Shown one piece after another: positions 63,694-63,871 of a stretch of DNA of 63,871 nucleotides. The stretch covers positions 193,388 to 257,258 of the forward strand of contig NW_004797997.1 in the NCBI RefSeq assembly GCF_000002075.1, read 5' to 3'. The notes beneath the pieces were generated by a model, which was given only the letters and a program-made list of their open reading frames with translations, made no database searches and was not told where the DNA came from. Source of the DNA: Aplysia californica (taxonomy: Eukaryota). The stretch's first letter is position 1; each line of letters opens with the position of its first letter. The position numbers and the translations under genes are program-made.

Positions 63694-63871
63694 CTCCACA
63701 GAGGGCAGCAAATACATTGTGTCTCAGATCTCTCAACTCAGAAAACTCCTGTACGGCAAATCTGTTTTCATCAAGTGGTCTGCTGGCAATTCCATCCAAC
63801 TCCCGTGTGTCTGTCAGACCAATACCAATGGCATAGATGTGGATGTTGTCTGCACGAGCTTGCTCTGCTTC
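63694..63871 (-). CDS. VWA-a: 3' part of another single-exon VWA repeat (runs off the window)
   Basis: EAEQARADNIHIYAIGIG...FAALCG|GT, near-identical to 54024-54201. Confidence 0.92.

Larger units (their letters stand above)
6899..63871 (-). other. Multi-exon gene (5'-partial) for a giant multi-VWA / EGF / Thr-Pro mucin-stalk extracellular protein (matrilin / collagen-VI-like VWA repeats, no triple helix seen)
   Basis: About 42 exons with AG/GT (one GC) boundaries and consistent phases. 11 VWA domains (DxSxS..T..TDG motifs) and 4 six-Cys EGF domains. Stop TAA at 6899-6901. Confidence 0.93.

Noticed and set aside
6899-63871. Assigning a gene symbol such as COL6A3, COL12A1 or MATN
   Set aside because: No Gly-X-Y, FN3, Kunitz or coiled-coil region is visible. 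The similarity is only at the VWA domain level.

Overview
AT-rich, gapped eukaryotic genomic DNA from an invertebrate. A lophotrochozoan or mollusc is my guess from the repeat types and the protein class; the sequence does not prove it. Nearly the whole window (6899-63871, minus strand, 5' end outside the window) is one intron-rich gene. I reconstructed about 42 exons by hand from splice sites, and reading phases are consistent at every visible junction. The product is a giant matrilin/collagen-VI-like protein with no collagen helix and no C-terminal membrane anchor. Its architecture is: at least 4 near-identical intronless VWA repeats joined by Pro/Thr micro-exon linkers; a fifth related VWA; a mucin-like Thr/Pro stalk built from an array of symmetric phase-1 mini-exons; then VWA(dead MIDAS)-Thr linker-VWA-EGF-VWA-EGF-VWA(dead MIDAS, RGD)-EGF-VWA-EGF-VWA-stop. 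That is 11 VWA and 4 EGF domains in view. The most notable features are the combinatorial-looking linker exon array with weak donors, exon-restricted homogenisation of the VWA repeats, a 36-bp tandem array of copies of a splice donor, a GC-AG intron, an RGD placed at a dead MIDAS loop, and an apparent VWA-triplet duplication. A convergent plus-strand terminal exon with a GPI-like tail sits at 856-1093. Introns carry tRNA-derived SINEs, MITEs, Tc1 and RTE relics and microsatellites. The exact 2.3-kb duplication at 14102-18787 is probably an assembly artefact.
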